From the NCBI RefSeq assembly GCF_025526975.1, contig NW_026515684.1, positions 124,001 to 188,000 of the forward strand: a DNA stretch of 64,000 nt. Direction: 5' to 3'. Shown piece by piece: positions 36,016-49,577 of this stretch (the stretch's first letter is position 1; every line of letters begins with the position of its first letter). The notes under the pieces were generated by a model, which worked only from the letters and a program-made list of their open reading frames with translations, was not told the DNA's origin and searched no databases. This stretch comes from Fimicolochytrium jonesii. Its lineage: Eukaryota. The translations under genes were made by a program, and so were the position numbers.

Positions 36016-36837
36016 ATGCACAGAGCGATAGCACACCCTCAACGGACGGTCGCAGCACTGCAGTCATGCAGACCGACAACACAGATCGTACCGAGCCGTT
36101 CCATGTCCTCCACAACCTCACCCTCCGCAAAACCCGCCGCCGGAGGGGTCGATCTTTCGAACGCCGCGTCTCTAAAAGCACGGCATCCCAACACCGTATA
36201 CCGCGAAGCGATGAAAGTAAAGCGAAAGCAGTACTTTGAAGAGTCGAAGCAGGCCTCAGCACGAAAAGAACTAGAGTCCGTAGAAGAGCGTGGCCGTGAA
36301 GAACAGCGCAAACGTGATCTCGCCGAAAAGATTCGTCAATTCAAAGCCCTTCGTAGTCAGAGTTTTAGTGAAGACGTGACGGCGACGCACGGTGGTAAAG
36401 CTTCGCCGGTCGACGCTCTAGATGGCGGCAGCTCAGCAGGCGAGACGGGGTCAGCGAAAGTGAAGGCAGATGCGGAGAACAAAGAGTGGAAGGAGTTTAT
36501 CAGCCTCCGCCGGCAAAAGCGATTCGAAAACCACGTACGAGATCGAGTCGAGCAGTCGGAACAACGTTTAGAATCGTTGCTGTACCTATACCATTCCACT
36601 GCGAAGTTCATAACGTACGATAACCTTGAGCCCACAATCAGGGCCCTGGTAGCCCAGCCCACCACTCGGATGCTGTCTGCCGATCGGCCACCCTCGTTGG
36701 GACAGGAAAGGCATAAGGCTCTGGATCAGATAATGTCGGGGGTTTTAAATCACGGGATGGGGCTGGAGACGCTGAAGAAAGAGGCGAAGGCGTTAGCGGA
36801 GAGTGAGCAGGGCGGTGCTTCGAACAAGTCATCGTAG
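36016..36837 (+). CDS. Probable mitoribosomal small-subunit protein, mS26-like
   Basis: Mitochondrial presequence, a charged helix (YREAMKVKRKQY) and LYLYHSTAKFITYDNLE..I, resembling the mS26 'FIT.ENL' motif. Confidence 0.55.
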   Translation: MHRAIAHPQRTVAALQSCRPTTQIVPSRSMSSTTSPSAKPAAGGVDLSNAASLKARHPNTVYREAMKVKRKQYFEESKQASARKELESVEERGREEQRKRDLAEKIRQFKALRSQSFSEDVTATHGGKASPVDALDGGSSAGETGSAKVKADAENKEWKEFISLRRQKRFENHVRDRVEQSEQRLESLLYLYHSTAKFITYDNLEPTIRALVAQPTTRMLSADRPPSLGQERHKALDQIMSGVLNHGMGLETLKKEAKALAESEQGGASNKSS

Positions 36838-37296
36838 CGGGGCACCGGTTTCGGCAGCTTGGGATAGATGTGCTGTGTAGTCGTAAGGATGCGGGGTGTC
36901 AGTGGATAGATCCGTCGATAGCATACCACACCAATGATTTAAATGTCCTGTGCGTCCCTTCGCAAGGCAGACGCAAATATATATAGAGGGTTGGAAACAT
37001 GAAGGATCGTGTCATTGTTACCTGAGCGCATGAAAGTGGCGAACGGCCAGAAAACATTGAAGGAGCCCCTAAACCGTCGCTCTAGCGAACAAACAAGAGA
37101 CTAAGCTATGGGAATTGAATCACATTTGGCCATCGACATTATAAGGTCTGATTCTGATGTAAGTTCGGAGCTATGGAGAAGGAGGGATTCGACGCCTGAC
37201 GCTACTTGATGAGAATACGCCTGATTGTTGCGAGAATTGATAAACAAGCAGTGTTCGGTACTCCACGTGAATTTGGAAGAGGTCGGATATGGCACC

Positions 37297-38414
37297 TCAC
37301 AACAATCGTCCCTGCCTTCCGTTCCGGACCAAGCCGCTCTTGAGGACCGGTGAGCGCGAGGTAGCAAGTCGGTCAATCCAAGTCAGGGGCAGGAGTTGCA
37401 CAAAAAAGATGACGACCGCTCCAATGAATCCTACAACTTGCCGCGCACTGCATACCGAGCGTTAAGCAGGAAGGTTTGCAAACGAATCAAAGCACATGGC
37501 TCTCCCAGAGTAAGTACCTGGGTTCCGTCGCTTCTACCGTCTTCAAGATTGTGTCTACCACTTGCTTCGGGTCCATCGTCAGCGGGGGGGGTGTGCCAAG
37601 TTGACTAACGAGCGTGTCGAGAAATGACTCTCCGAGCTCTTCTCTGTGGGGGACGGTCAGGAAGCGACTCTTGAGGTTGGCGAGCCTTTGCTCCACGCCA
37701 CCAAGGACCATGGGTGTTCTGGCGTGGGAGAATGTCCATTAGTATGTGCCACTTATGTACCTTCCAAATCATTCCGACCACTCACCCGGCGAACCAAGGC
37801 TCAATAACCGCAACACGGATGCCGAGCGGGGCCAAGTCCATACGAGCTGCTGAAGAAACAGCCTCAACGGCATGCTTTGATGGGCAATAAGCAGCCAAGA
37901 TCGGCGCGACCGTCCGCGCTGCCACCGACGCTATGTTTACGATTCGCGGCGCAAGGACAGAGTTCGGGTTCTTCCTCACGTATCGAAGCAAGGAAGGCAG
38001 CAGGGCTTTCATCATGTGCACGGTTCCCATGTAGTTCACATCCATGACCTTCTGGAACTCAGAGACCTCCGTCCACGAGAACAATCCCCCCAGATTGATA
38101 CCGGCGTTGTTGATCACGCAAAAGATACCCTCCGGGCACTCTTCCTCTATCTTTGCCGCGAACTTCTGCACGTCTGCCCAGTTTGTCACGTCAAGTTGGC
38201 GAGGGCGTAGAGTCGAAGAATAGCGGCCTCCCTGTTCAGTCTTGATACGTTCGTAGTCCTTCACGGCGGCGTCCGTCAGACAGGTGGCATAGACGATGGC
38301 GGAATACGGACTGGCGCTTAGTTGGAGCGCAACATCGCGACCGAAGCCGGTGTCGCATCCCGTGATGATGACCACCTGTCCCGCGATGGGGACTTTTGAG
38401 GAACCGATGCCCAT
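37297..38414 (-). CDS. Short-chain dehydrogenase/reductase (retinol/17beta-HSD/BDH1-like), 3 exons
   Basis: ITGCDTGFG, LDVT, NNAG, NIAS, YCPSK (YxxxK) and IEP. The last exon reads ..QVVGFIG..LLPLTWIDRL..GRLL*. Confidence 0.88.
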
Positions 38415-38854
38415 CGTGCAGAGGTTGATGACTTTCCAACGACGAAAACGGGCGAGTTTCAAACAACTGGACTAGGCAGATCAGACGCCGCGTATGCGAA
38501 AGAAGCTTCGTCAAATGTGGGACGGCGAGCGGCGGCCAAGGGCCGAACGGGAGCGGAATGCGAGTCGGTCATCACGCGCGACCACAGAGTTAGCAGAGTT
38601 GGCCACAGAGATCGCGCCCTGGATCGCGCGGACAGCCGGACTTTGTGCAAAAGTGGCTTCGAACCTGCTTCGAACACGCCTGCGAACTGCAAACATGATA
38701 ACTATCTAATACGCGCGGGGAGGTGTGCATGAAAACCGTTTTGATCTGTTTTGATCGCTGGTTGGCATGCATTTTTGGCAACCCCCGACTTGCCCCCCCA
38801 GCTCACCGCATTCCCATACTTCATCCCCAACCCCCAAGACAACACTATCACACA

Positions 38855-39077
38855 ATGTTTTCCTTCGGCCAAGCTCCCAAAGTCTCCATCGAGGAAGCCC
38901 GTGAAAACAGGGCGAAGGTAAGGCTGAACTTCAGTCTCCACTCTCACTATTTCCACTGTCGGATGTCGGAACTAATACCCCGAATAGGTGAAGTCGAGCC
39001 TCACCACCTTCGTCACCGTCGTTGCCGTCTTCCGCGCCGTGCCTTTCGTTGTCGAATACGTCAAGGAGCTCTTGTGA
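38855..39077 (+). CDS. TOM5: Mitochondrial outer-membrane translocase subunit Tom5 (50 aa, 2 exons; absent from the ORF track)
   Basis: Exons 38855-38917 and 38988-39077, joined across a GTAAG..CTAAT..TAG intron, give MFSFGQAPKVSIEEARENRAKVKSSLTTFVTVVAVFRAVPFVVEYVKELL. Size, MF start, EE and a transmembrane segment with the conserved Pro all fit Tom5. Confidence 0.8.
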
Positions 39078-40318
39078 GCTTTTTGTCTCAGTCCTATCTA
39101 CGATAGACAACATTTCGGACGCCCACTCCAAGAACGACCGAAATGCCTGCAACTCTAGCACTCGGAACGAAGCATTCGAAATATTTTTGTATTTATCATG
39201 TACATACCGCACTTCAATGACGATACTTTAGCCACTGCTTTCTTCGAATGGGAGCTCCCGATTCTGATTGCGGCTCTGATTTTTGGGTCGAAATGGTCGA
39301 AATGACGGAAAGTGGTCCCGATCTGCGGAGATTGGGTTGTTGGCGTCGAGGCAACGCTTTATTTCGCTGCCGGATGGGCATCTCCGACTTGTGGAGTAGC
39401 AGGGGCGTTGGAGTTTGGTCATGCTTGGATTTCAGCTCACAGGGGAACATCACCAGCACACACCATGTTGGTTGTTCCGTTGAAATAGAGGCGGACAAGA
39501 CGGGAGTTCAACTGGATTTACCTCGCAGTAAGGTGAACGGGGCCGCTGCTTGGGACTCCTCCTCCTTCCCCGGCGCAACACCAAGGTTGAATATGGGTCT
39601 GCAGACATTGAATATCGAAGCACTCAGATCAAGGCGGCCAGTCGTGACGCGGAGAGACCGAAGGAGACAAACTTTGATCATCGGGTAGTAAAGGGAGGCC
39701 GCTTCAGTAGAAGCATGTCTGGCATCCCCTTCCTTCTTCATCAATACACATACGTCTACGGAAGCGCCTCACTCCACTACCACTGTCCTTAGGGCGCGGT
39801 TCGGCCAAATCAAAGTTCCATGCTGAAAGACGCAATCTGCAGGTGGTTCATGCCCACGTCTTTTTTTGGCGTCCTGGTGTCAAGATACTGGTATGAGAAG
39901 GTTATGTTCAGATCACAGATCCGACAACGGCGAGAGAGCCTGGATGGGAACAGGCCGAGTCTTGAGTGCGCACGTTCGTCTTTTTCCCACGGGATCCTTA
40001 TGCTTTCTACACCGGTCCGCTCCATATGACCATTAGTGCACGATGGACAGCATCCCTATAGTGCATACGAACGCTCCGAATTTGAAGCTTAACCGTAATC
40101 GCGGAGGCCATGAGGGCCATGACCAAACACGGCGTGTCGATGCCATGACGCGTTCGAAGCAAGCACCACGCACTTGAACGGGAGACGAAAACAGACACCG
40201 GAACGATTTGCGACGGTGAAGACGGAGCACATGCAGCCCAGGTGACGAGAGGTCTTCTTACGCATTCAGTGCAAATGCCAGCTCAACGCCTCATCAATCG
40301 GAGTGGCTTTGCATCATC

Positions 40319-43036
40319 ATGTCCGGCAAAACGAGACAAAGCAAGGCTAGGGCCAGCGCGAACAGCACATCGCAAGGACGGAAGGGGAGGAACCGGAACA
40401 GAATTCCACCGTCCGTAATCGAGGTAGTAGAACGTGAAGGGCAACGTATCACCGCAAGAAGACTCTCTGTCTCAACGGCACAAATCCGAAGGAAATTCTC
40501 GGAGGTATGCTTTTCCGTTCTGCGCTCTTGGATATCTGTGTTCTTGTCGCTTATCGACTCTGAGTGTTCAGTTCCGACGAGTCTTCTTCATCCTGGGAAC
40601 TCTTCTCGGCACGATCGGAACCTTTTCGTATAGAAGTCACTTTCCCGAATCCGAGAACTTTGAGCGATGGTTTAGCCTCTCCATGGATCTTTCCGATTTA
40701 CCTGGCTTTAAATTGGATATCCTCGGCAATTTCACTTCCATGTTGCCGTTTCGCTCGCGCGAGAACGCCGACATCGAGTACGGAGACTTCCTACCAGGCG
40801 CGCGGCTCGCCAGGGAAGGACTGCAGGTCAAGCACCCAGTTGTACTCATTCCGGGGATTGTGTCCACCGGACTGGAGGTGTGGAACACGGCCCCAGAGAC
40901 CAAGGTCAATTCGGAGCATGACCGTCAAGCGGCTCAGGAGGAGCTCAACAGCGTAATACAGGATCGGAAATCAAAGGCCGCCAAAAAGCAAAACCAGCGC
41001 GCAAAGCTCTTACAGTATTTGCCGCAGAAGCTTACCACCTCCCGCAACCGGCTGAAGCGGAGCAAACCTGCCGTGGCCGAAAAGAGGGAGGAAAACGCCA
41101 AATCGAAAGCTGATGAAGAAGCTTTGCTGGCGATGGTAACGAAAACTCGCCTCTGCGGCAGGCAGTTTTTCCGGAAGAGGATGTGGGGAACCCTGGATCA
41201 GATCAAGGCATTGTTACTCAACAAAGACTGCTGGATGCAGCACATGATGCTCGACGAGAATGGGAAAGATCCGGTGGGTGTGAAGTTGAGGGCTGCGCAA
41301 GGACTAGATAGTGCGGACTTCTTGTTTCCAGGGTAGGTCGCTGTACTTGAAGCTCCACACTCTTGCTTGCTTATCTGATTGTGTTATATGGCAGTTTTTG
41401 GGTCTGGGCGAAGATCATCGCCAACCTCGGCTCAATTGGATATGACTCAAACAACATGCATTTGGCGGCCTACGATTGGCGGTTGTCGTTCAAGAACCTA
41501 GAGCTTCGCGACTTGTATTTCACAAAACTAAAATCCACCATTGAAATCGCTTACAAGCACGCGATCATGAATGGCGGTGATGAGAACGCTGCAAAGGTTA
41601 TGATAGCTTCGCATAGTATGGGAAGCACAGTGTTCCTTTACTTTATCAACTGGATTCGCGCGCAACACGGTGATGAGTGGAACGCAAAGTATCTGGCTGG
41701 GTGGATCAATATAGCAGGAACTCTGTTAGGGGTCCCGAAGGTGCGTCAACGGACCATGTGAGATTGTGTCGACCCCCTCATTGACGTGATTTACGGTTAG
41801 GCTGCTGCGACCCTGTTATCCGGCGAAATGCGCGATACAGCACAGTTGAATGCAGCTGCCACTTCTTTATTAGGTATGAGTCGTCAGGTCACCCTCAATC
41901 TTTGAATCAGTGTCTTGATTCGCAATGTTGATGGACCCCGCATGCTCCTTTGGTAGACTATTTCTTTTCCCGGGAACAGCGCGTCAAGCTCTTCCGCTCT
42001 TGGGGCGGAATGGCCTCCATGTTGCCATACGGTGGAGAGGCACTGTGGGGAAACGCGTTCAGTTTTGCACCGGATGAACTTCACAGTGACAAGCCTTCCT
42101 TCGGCGCAATGGTGGACGTCGGCAGCAGTCCGACGGATAGCCGAACCAGTGACTCTAAAAGTTCAAAGCCGAAATTCCACTTGACAGCCTCAAACATGAC
42201 AGCGTTTATTGATCATCATTCGAAAGATGGTACGGAATTATATTGGTCGGACGATTACTCGTACGGTATCGCCAAAACCAAGGAACAGTTGCAAGACTCG
42301 AAGAAGGATTCGCGGGCTTGGACAAATCCCTTATTGACCCCTCTGCCGAAGTTCGGCAAAAATTTCAAAATCGTATGTCTGTACGGGACAGGCCTTCAGA
42401 CGGAGCGCAAATATTTTTACAAGCTTGAAACGCCATCGGACGGCACGCGATCGAACAAGTTGGGGGGGACGCCACTCGAATCGAGAAGCGTACAAAAAAG
42501 GGAGGCGAGCCCTACTGCGGCGCCCGTCACGGCCAGACCCCCAAATAGCGATACCTTCCCAGAAGAGGGCAACGCGGACATGCACATTGACCAATCGCAA
42601 TCGGACGCGGCATCAAACACTGTTTACGGCGTTCAGACGACGGACGGCGACGGCACCGTCCCGCTCTTGTCGCTTGGTTATATGTGTCAACATGGATGGA
42701 AGCAGAAACGATATAACCCGGAGGGGGTGACGGTCATCACTAGGGAGACGAGGGAGGACCCGTCGAGACGGTCGGGGATCCTGAATTCGCTCCCGAAGGT
42801 TCGAGGAGGGCCAGATAGTCCCGATCATGTAGACAGTAAGTGGGATTCGTTTGGAACGCACTTCATGTTTGGCGCGGCCTAATAGTTTGTCTTTCTTTCT
42901 AGTCCTTGGGAATTACGAGCTCACGGAGGATATCTTACGGCTGGTGTCTGGGCAGGACGAAAACGTCGTCGACCGCATATATAGTGAGATCGACAAGATT
43001 TCCGAGCGGGTTGTTCTTCCTCCGCATCTGGATTGA
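40319..43036 (+). CDS. LRO1: Phospholipid:diacylglycerol acyltransferase (LCAT family), multi-exon
   Basis: N-terminal transmembrane segment, HPVVLIPGIVSTGLEVW, FRKRMWG, KLRAAQGL, YDWRLS, SHSMG, DGDGTVPLLSLG and DHVD.LGN. Confidence 0.93.
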
Positions 43037-43809
43037 TCCGTCGGTCACCATTTGCGCCACGTGCAGGACAAGCTTCATTCTGTCATTCGACTGCGGCCCC
43101 GACTTCACTTTTTGGATAGATTTCGATACTAGTACGATAGTGATCTACATTTTATGAGTTGCTCTATGGGGTCTTTCGAGGAAGGGCCTAATCACTGTGC
43201 CCTACATAGTACATACTGTGATAAAGACCCGCCAGTACCTCAATAACTATGCGTATCGCCCCGGGTGGCATGATTTTCAAAATTCAAAGGCTCTGCAGTG
43301 TGCCCTCTCCATCCACCCTATTGTTGGCACCAACAATTGAGATCGTCTCCATGTATTCTGACACTCGAAAGGAGTATCATCTCTGATTTTGTTCCGTCGC
43401 CTGATGATTCGAAACGAAGCTCTGATTCACTTCTGGTATGGGCGCCCTCGCACCGTGTCGTACGCTCTCCTGCCCTGAACCGCACGCAAGCTTTCCCGGC
43501 TGCTTGCACCCATTCGCCAGGCATCCACCGGCTTGATAGGCGATTCGAGTACGTGTCTCCATTCCGGAGCTGTCCGTAGTCTTGATGCCATATGCGTAGA
43601 CTGCTTAAGTTTCGTGCACGAAGAAATGTCCAGTAACCCCCGCGAAAAACCGTGAGTGAAGCGTTCGGATGCGCGCACGCCCACGCTTTCCCAGGCCGGG
43701 CAGGTTAAAGAGTGATCCCGCGAGGAAGGCGCTGCGATCCACGCTTTATGTCCTACGGCGTCGAATCACACTTCCCGTTATCGGAACGTGGAAGCATGGC
43801 CCCTCTCCG

Positions 43810-45247
43810 TCATGACTTCCACGCCACCATCTCTTCACCAGCCTCCTCCTCCTTCATCACATCCGCAATAGCATTCCTAATCTCCCTATCGACCAGCACC
43901 CTTTGCCGATGCCCAAATCCGCTCGGCGTGCTCATATTGTAGCGATCGATCTTTGCATCGATCAACCGAGATCGCGTTTCGGCCCATGACAGCATACGCG
44001 CGTTGATGTCGTGGAATGCTAACGATGTAGGTGCTGATGTTGGTGCGGTGCCCGGGGGTGTAGATGCTCTACGGTCTGGTGGGAACGGGGGCGGTGTGTC
44101 GGGGAGTAGCTGCCTCATGATTGACCAGAAGCGACTGCGGGCATGCACGGTGACCTCGTCATTCCCGTTGTCCGAGCTCCTCGCAGTAATTGGTTGCTGA
44201 CGGCCCCGCTCCCTGACGCTACGCTGCAATTCCGTCGTCTCCCTAAACGGCTTGCGCGCCTCCCGATACATCGACCGCAACTCACTCCTCATCGTCGCAA
44301 TATCCGCGTCGATCTCCTTGGCGATCTCCACCCACGGCGGAGCATACCCCTGCGATTTCACAATCCGGTTCAGGAAAAACTCTGTGCGGTCTATGAATGG
44401 GTTGAGTTTGTGCTCGGCGTCGGTTGATTTCGCTTTCATGGGCGCCCCAGATGCGTCGAGTGGCTGGCCGGAGCCGTTAAGGTTGTCGAATTGACCCTCG
44501 CGGTACGCTTGGGATATGCGTTCCTCGATGAGCGAGTCCCATGCGGCGATGGAGCTTGGCCGGGGGGCCATGTAGTCTCCAAAGAGTTTGCCCAATGGCT
44601 GCTTGTACACTGGAGAGTACGTTGCTCAGTCATGCTTGCAGGATGGGCAACCTCAATGTCCACTTACATGCTGCATCCTCTTTTGCGTGAGCGACGCGTA
44701 GCATCTTCACCCGTTTCACGCTCGCAGGCCCATGTGGACCACCACTGTCCGCATGCGTACTACTGCCCGGGCCTTCAAGGAACTTCCGGTTGACAAGTGG
44801 CATCTGGTTCGATGTGGTCGGACTATGCGCAGCACCGGCCCGATTTCGCTGGTGATGTTGCAGCAGGAATGTTTTCAAGTTCCCTAGAGTCATGGCCGGT
44901 TTCTGAGAAGCAGCTGCTCCCGCGTCGGCCGCCATGACGGAGGTGGCATTGTGCAAGGCGGCCCCCGGGTTCTTGACGAACGCTGCTGGGGCAAACGCTG
45001 CTGCAACGGTCAGAACTTTCAAGGCTTGACCATATAAATTGTTCAGCACAGACGGGTGCATATCGGCGGTGTAGAACGTTCGCTCTCCATCTTCAAGTGG
45101 CTCCGTCTTCGTGGGTGCCGATTTGTCTTCAGTGAAGTTTGCGTCGATGATCTTCGGTCCTTGGTCATCACCGCTTGAACCCTGCTGAGACCTCTCGTGA
45201 GCCGAGTCGGGGACAGAGGCGACGTCCAAAGCAGCTCGTGAGGACAT
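43810..45247 (-). CDS. DUF1992 (DNAJC28 conserved domain) protein, 2 exons
   Basis: LIEERISQAYREGQFDNL.G.G.PL..NPFIDRTEFFLNRIVKSQGYAPPWVE. A GTAAGT..CAG intron at about 44611-44668 joins ORFs 44630-45262 and 43810-44610. The start is uncertain. Confidence 0.8.
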
Positions 45248-45626
45248 GGCAAGTAGCGACAAAGTGGTGTTTTGACGAGATGATCGAAGTGGGAGGTGGG
45301 GCAGAAGGGGAGTAAAGTACTAGGAACCCTTTTTATGCGCATGAGATGTCCTTGGAAATTTGAAATTCGCGGCCTGCGGGATTGGAAACGCGTTGATTAT
45401 GCAAGCCCATCGCAGAACAGGAGAACACGCCAAAGAGGACTCGGACATTCGAACCCCCGGCCGCGAACGCGTCGTTGCTCCAAAGTTTTTGGCCTCACTC
45501 AGGCTCACTGGCAGAAAAAGAGATTTGTCTCCATGTCGCCCGAAGATGACCTACGATTGCTAGGCAAAAGAACAAGCGGTCTCCCACACTCACTCACTCA
45601 CTCGCTGACAGTGCACACAGAGCGAC

Positions 45627-48600
45627 ATGGAGGCCAACCACCCTTTGTCCCGTCTGGTCTCGGCAACCGATCCACGTTCGTTTTTCGCCGCAATTCAGTT
45701 GGTTGAGCAATGGCTCGTGGACCAGGGCGACTCGACTGTGGCAAAACCATTGCACTTTTACCTATCCCGCATAACAACGAAGCTGTATGGCGGTACCGGT
45801 GACCCGTGCTACCTCTCACGGAATTTGTCTTCCAATGAAAAGGATATCCTTCTCCGATTCCTGCGACCGGGCGGCCCTTTCTTCCAAACTCTGTTGAAGT
45901 TGCATGACCGCTCTTTGCTCTACGAGATCAAATTCGACCAACTGCCTGCCCCGACGCGGAAAGCTATCAGCAACTTGGACACAAATCAACTGCCACCTCT
46001 GTATGCGTCTCGGCTGAAGCATGAGGAGAGTTCGCGAACTATGGGCCACATGATCGTGACTCCGAAGCGAGGACGCCAGCCGACTGTGAAGATAATGTTC
46101 AGTATGTACTTTTGTGTGAATGTCCCTTGACCTCCGTTGAAGCGACTGCATCTAACCTTGAACCATCTTCTTCCAGATATGTTTGAGTACTACATGTATT
46201 CATTCGCGTAAGTGAGATGCCCTTTCCGTGGCCCCAAAATTTCCAACATTTGGTTGAACCGTTGACGACATCTAGGTTATGTGCGATTCAGAAGCTAGCG
46301 GTATCTTCGGTACTTGGGGACACTCAATCCGCGACCGGGCAGTCACCGCAAAAGGGAATCTTCTCGGCAGTGCCATTTCCAAAAGCTGTCTCCCCCTGGG
46401 CCAAAGATGGAGCTGCGAGTGCATCAAACCGAACCCCATTATCTCCGATCTATTTTGAGCTGGTGGATGCATACCTGGACTTCTTTCTACCTGTGTCGTC
46501 GATGAAGGACAAGGACGAACCCCTCACGAACATCGCAAGTCCGGGGACACCAGGAGGGATGCGCGGACGGATGGAGCATCGGGGATTGACTACCCCAATG
46601 CGGCGACCTCTGGCGGAACTGACACCTATGAGGCAGAGTCTGAACAAGGCCGTGCACAATACCGTGGAACATTTTTGGAAGCATGAGCAGCAATCGCCAG
46701 CACAGCAGTCGCGTGCGAATGTGCTCGGAAAGGTGCAAGGAACACAGAAGGATACGAATGTTTTTACGACAAGGTGCGGGACCGGCGATGCATATGGAAT
46801 GACGAACGAAATGCTGACCAAATGCTTTGCAGTGAGATTGACATGAGCCAACGGAGGCTTGCATCTGAGTTCGTTGTGGGGACGTTCGTGGAAGTCTGGC
46901 TGTGCCAAAATGACACAGGAGCTCTGTCCAGCCCTTCCAAGTTGGGACAAAGTGTATGTCTTCACGAATGGTCCTCATTGCATGTCAACTCACTGCCTGC
47001 TAATATTTGCTCTTCTTCCGATAGAACCCAGGCTACCTAAAACCTGTAGAGTCCCAAATCATCTGCATCAAATCCCTCATATTACAAACGATCACGGTCG
47101 ACTTTTATGAGATCTATAGGGCGACCGCGGATCGGAATAGGGATTACATTGCGTACGAGATACTGTCTGCGCGCGGGTATGTTGAGCACCAGGCCCTCTG
47201 TAGTGTCCGGCTAGAATAGCGCTGACGTTCTCTCTAGGCGGGCATATCAAATCGTGCGACCTAAGCTGTATTGGTTCTTCCGGTGCGCTTTCGATTATTG
47301 GCCCCGCGATGACAGCTTCATATCGGTGAGTCGATCATGTGATATCCCTTCCGTTTCACTCTGACTTATAAGTTCATCCAGGTCGTCGAGCTATGGCTAG
47401 CATACATCATGCCATGGAAACGTCAGAATCCCGACGCCAAGTACAACGACAGATGGTAAGCTGCATGCCTCTTCAGCAAATGACGAATATTCGCAACTCA
47501 CGCTGGAAACAGGATACAATTCGTCCATGACAATTTCATGTTCTACACCATCCTCCTCGGCAAATTCCTCCACCGTGCCAAAGAGTTCGACATTTTTTCG
47601 TCGGTACGCCCAGTGAGCGGCGCTTCGGGTACCAAAACCCTGGTCAAGCCATATCTCAAGATTCTTGAGATGGTCTTCAAGTCCTTCGATGATGAGACGC
47701 TTCTAAGTGTTCTAAGGGCGATCGAGACTGCCATATCGTCACTTGATAACAGGATGCAGTACGGTACCCGCTTCCATGCGCGGGATCTTGGCGGTGTCTA
47801 TGATGGGACGGAGGCGCACTCCAAGGTTCTTCAGACCTTGCTCAACAGCGGCCATGAGTCGAGGACGAAGCTGAGTCAGATAGGGGAGAGGCAGGAGTCA
47901 AAGCCTGTGTTCCTCATCAGCAATGCGACCGCTTCGCCAAGGAAAGCCGAGTCTCTGAATGTAACCGATGAGGTAATACGCACCGGATTTCTTTTTCTTG
48001 GCATCTTTCGGTTCTCACAGTCGTGTGGACAGGTCACCATGATCTTATCGAATCTACTGCACAGCCGTGAGCGACTGCACGCTCTCCTCGAAGGCGGGCC
48101 ATCACGGCGCAGTTCTGCCACGAGTCCCACCACCGGCAGGCGCACATCCCAATACTTCCTTTCAACTGGCTCCGAACATCAACCAACCGAACAAACCGAG
48201 TGTTTCAAACTTTCACCCTTCCCCTCCGCCGATCCCAGCGTTTCCTCCTTACTACGCTGGCTAGGAAGCTGCCTCCTCGTTGTCCTTATCCTTACCATTA
48301 CCACGGCTTTCCGCAGTGCACGAAAAGCCATCGGATACGTGCAGCGAGAGTTGAATGACGACGGCCGTCGCCACAGCGACGGGTTAACAAACGCAAACCA
48401 GGAGATCATCAAGGAAAACATCAAGAGACTGGATAAATGCGCCGACGACATCATCGCCGTCTGGGACGGCAAGATCCCCAAACCGGAAGCCCGACCACCT
48501 TCAGGACGTGGGCTCATGAACATGCTGTCCCCCGGCGCGTCCCGTCGCACGTCCACCGTGGACCCTAGCAGCCTCCGAGGCGGCGATGACAGGGACCGTC

Positions 48601-49223
48601 TGCCAGTGGCAGAGGAGGAGGAAGTCGTTTTCAAAACCGTCTTACCTGGCGTGCTTGCACCCGAAGAGATTGTGCGGAGGGACGGTGTTGCGGTGTTGAC
48701 GCAACGGGGGCGGCAGCAGTTGAAGGAGGGGCTGAGGATGAGCGCCAAGACAGATATACCGATTTTGCCGAGCGACAGGGCGGGGGATCTGGTTATGACG
48801 TATGAGTTTGCGTCGCTTGTAAGGTTTTGGAAATGGGTTGCTGGGGTTTTGGATGATGAGGTACTGTGATCGTTGCTTGATTCTATTGCCATTCACTTGC
48901 GTTGAAAACCTAGAGCATCAAACTAACCATACCCTCCGTCGCGTCTACAGTATGCCGAACTCCGCCACAAGCACCCCCAACTCCCCCAGCTCCCCAGCTT
49001 CATCTGGCTCCGCCACTTCGCCGCATGGCAGAACATCGCCTTCTGGATCCTCGCTTCCGTCGTCTCGTGCTACGGCTTGAAAGTGACTTGGTTAATCCTC
49101 AAAGCCATATTTTCTGGCGGTCCGCCCAGCCAGCCGCTGGTGCGAGCGCAGCATGGTGCGAACTACCAGCGTCCGCAGGGTGGGATGAGGAATCAGTATG
49201 GGGTTCAGAGAAACCATCCGTAG
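45627..49223 (+). CDS. SMPD4: SMPD4 / neutral sphingomyelinase 3 (NET13)-like tail-anchored protein, multi-exon
   Basis: FL.PGGPFF, LPAP, FEYYMY.FA, YL.FFLP, EVWL.QN, KLY.FF..F.YWP.D.SF..VVELWL.YI.PW, FV.DN..FY, LT.RGR.Q...GL and TYE...LVR, with a C-terminal LR.FA motif plus transmembrane segment ending at TAG 49221-49223. Confidence 0.75.
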
Positions 49224-49577
49224 GCAGCATCCTTTACCAGCTGTTATTGTTGCATCAATAAATCCGAGGCTCCCGGTTGGAAACGACCGGTGTTGTTCGT
49301 TCCCGCAATCTTGAAAACCGTGGGTCTCTCACAAGCGAAGGGAGGGGTTGCAATGTTGAGGTCGTAAATCTTGCGTAGACACCAACGGGGTCAATATATT
49401 GTACAGTAGACACAAAAGTTTCAAAGGCTATGTATCCAAATGAAGATGCAGAAAATCACTTTTCAAGGGAAGGAAACTCGGGTAAACACTGCGTGCAGAA
49501 CGAATGCTATGCTACAGCCTCTTTATGTGAATCCACACTACTCGAAACCCCATCCCCAAAGACGACGGCGACACCCT

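Noticed and set aside
39214..40230. Several short ORFs and scattered splice-like sites between TOM5 and LRO1
   Set aside because: No coherent gene model or recognisable domain could be assembled; left unannotated.
45440..45470. GGTTCGAAT (B-box / T-loop-like) on the minus strand suggesting a tRNA
   Set aside because: The T-stem does not pair (GGGGG vs GTCCG), and no acceptor or D arm can be built.
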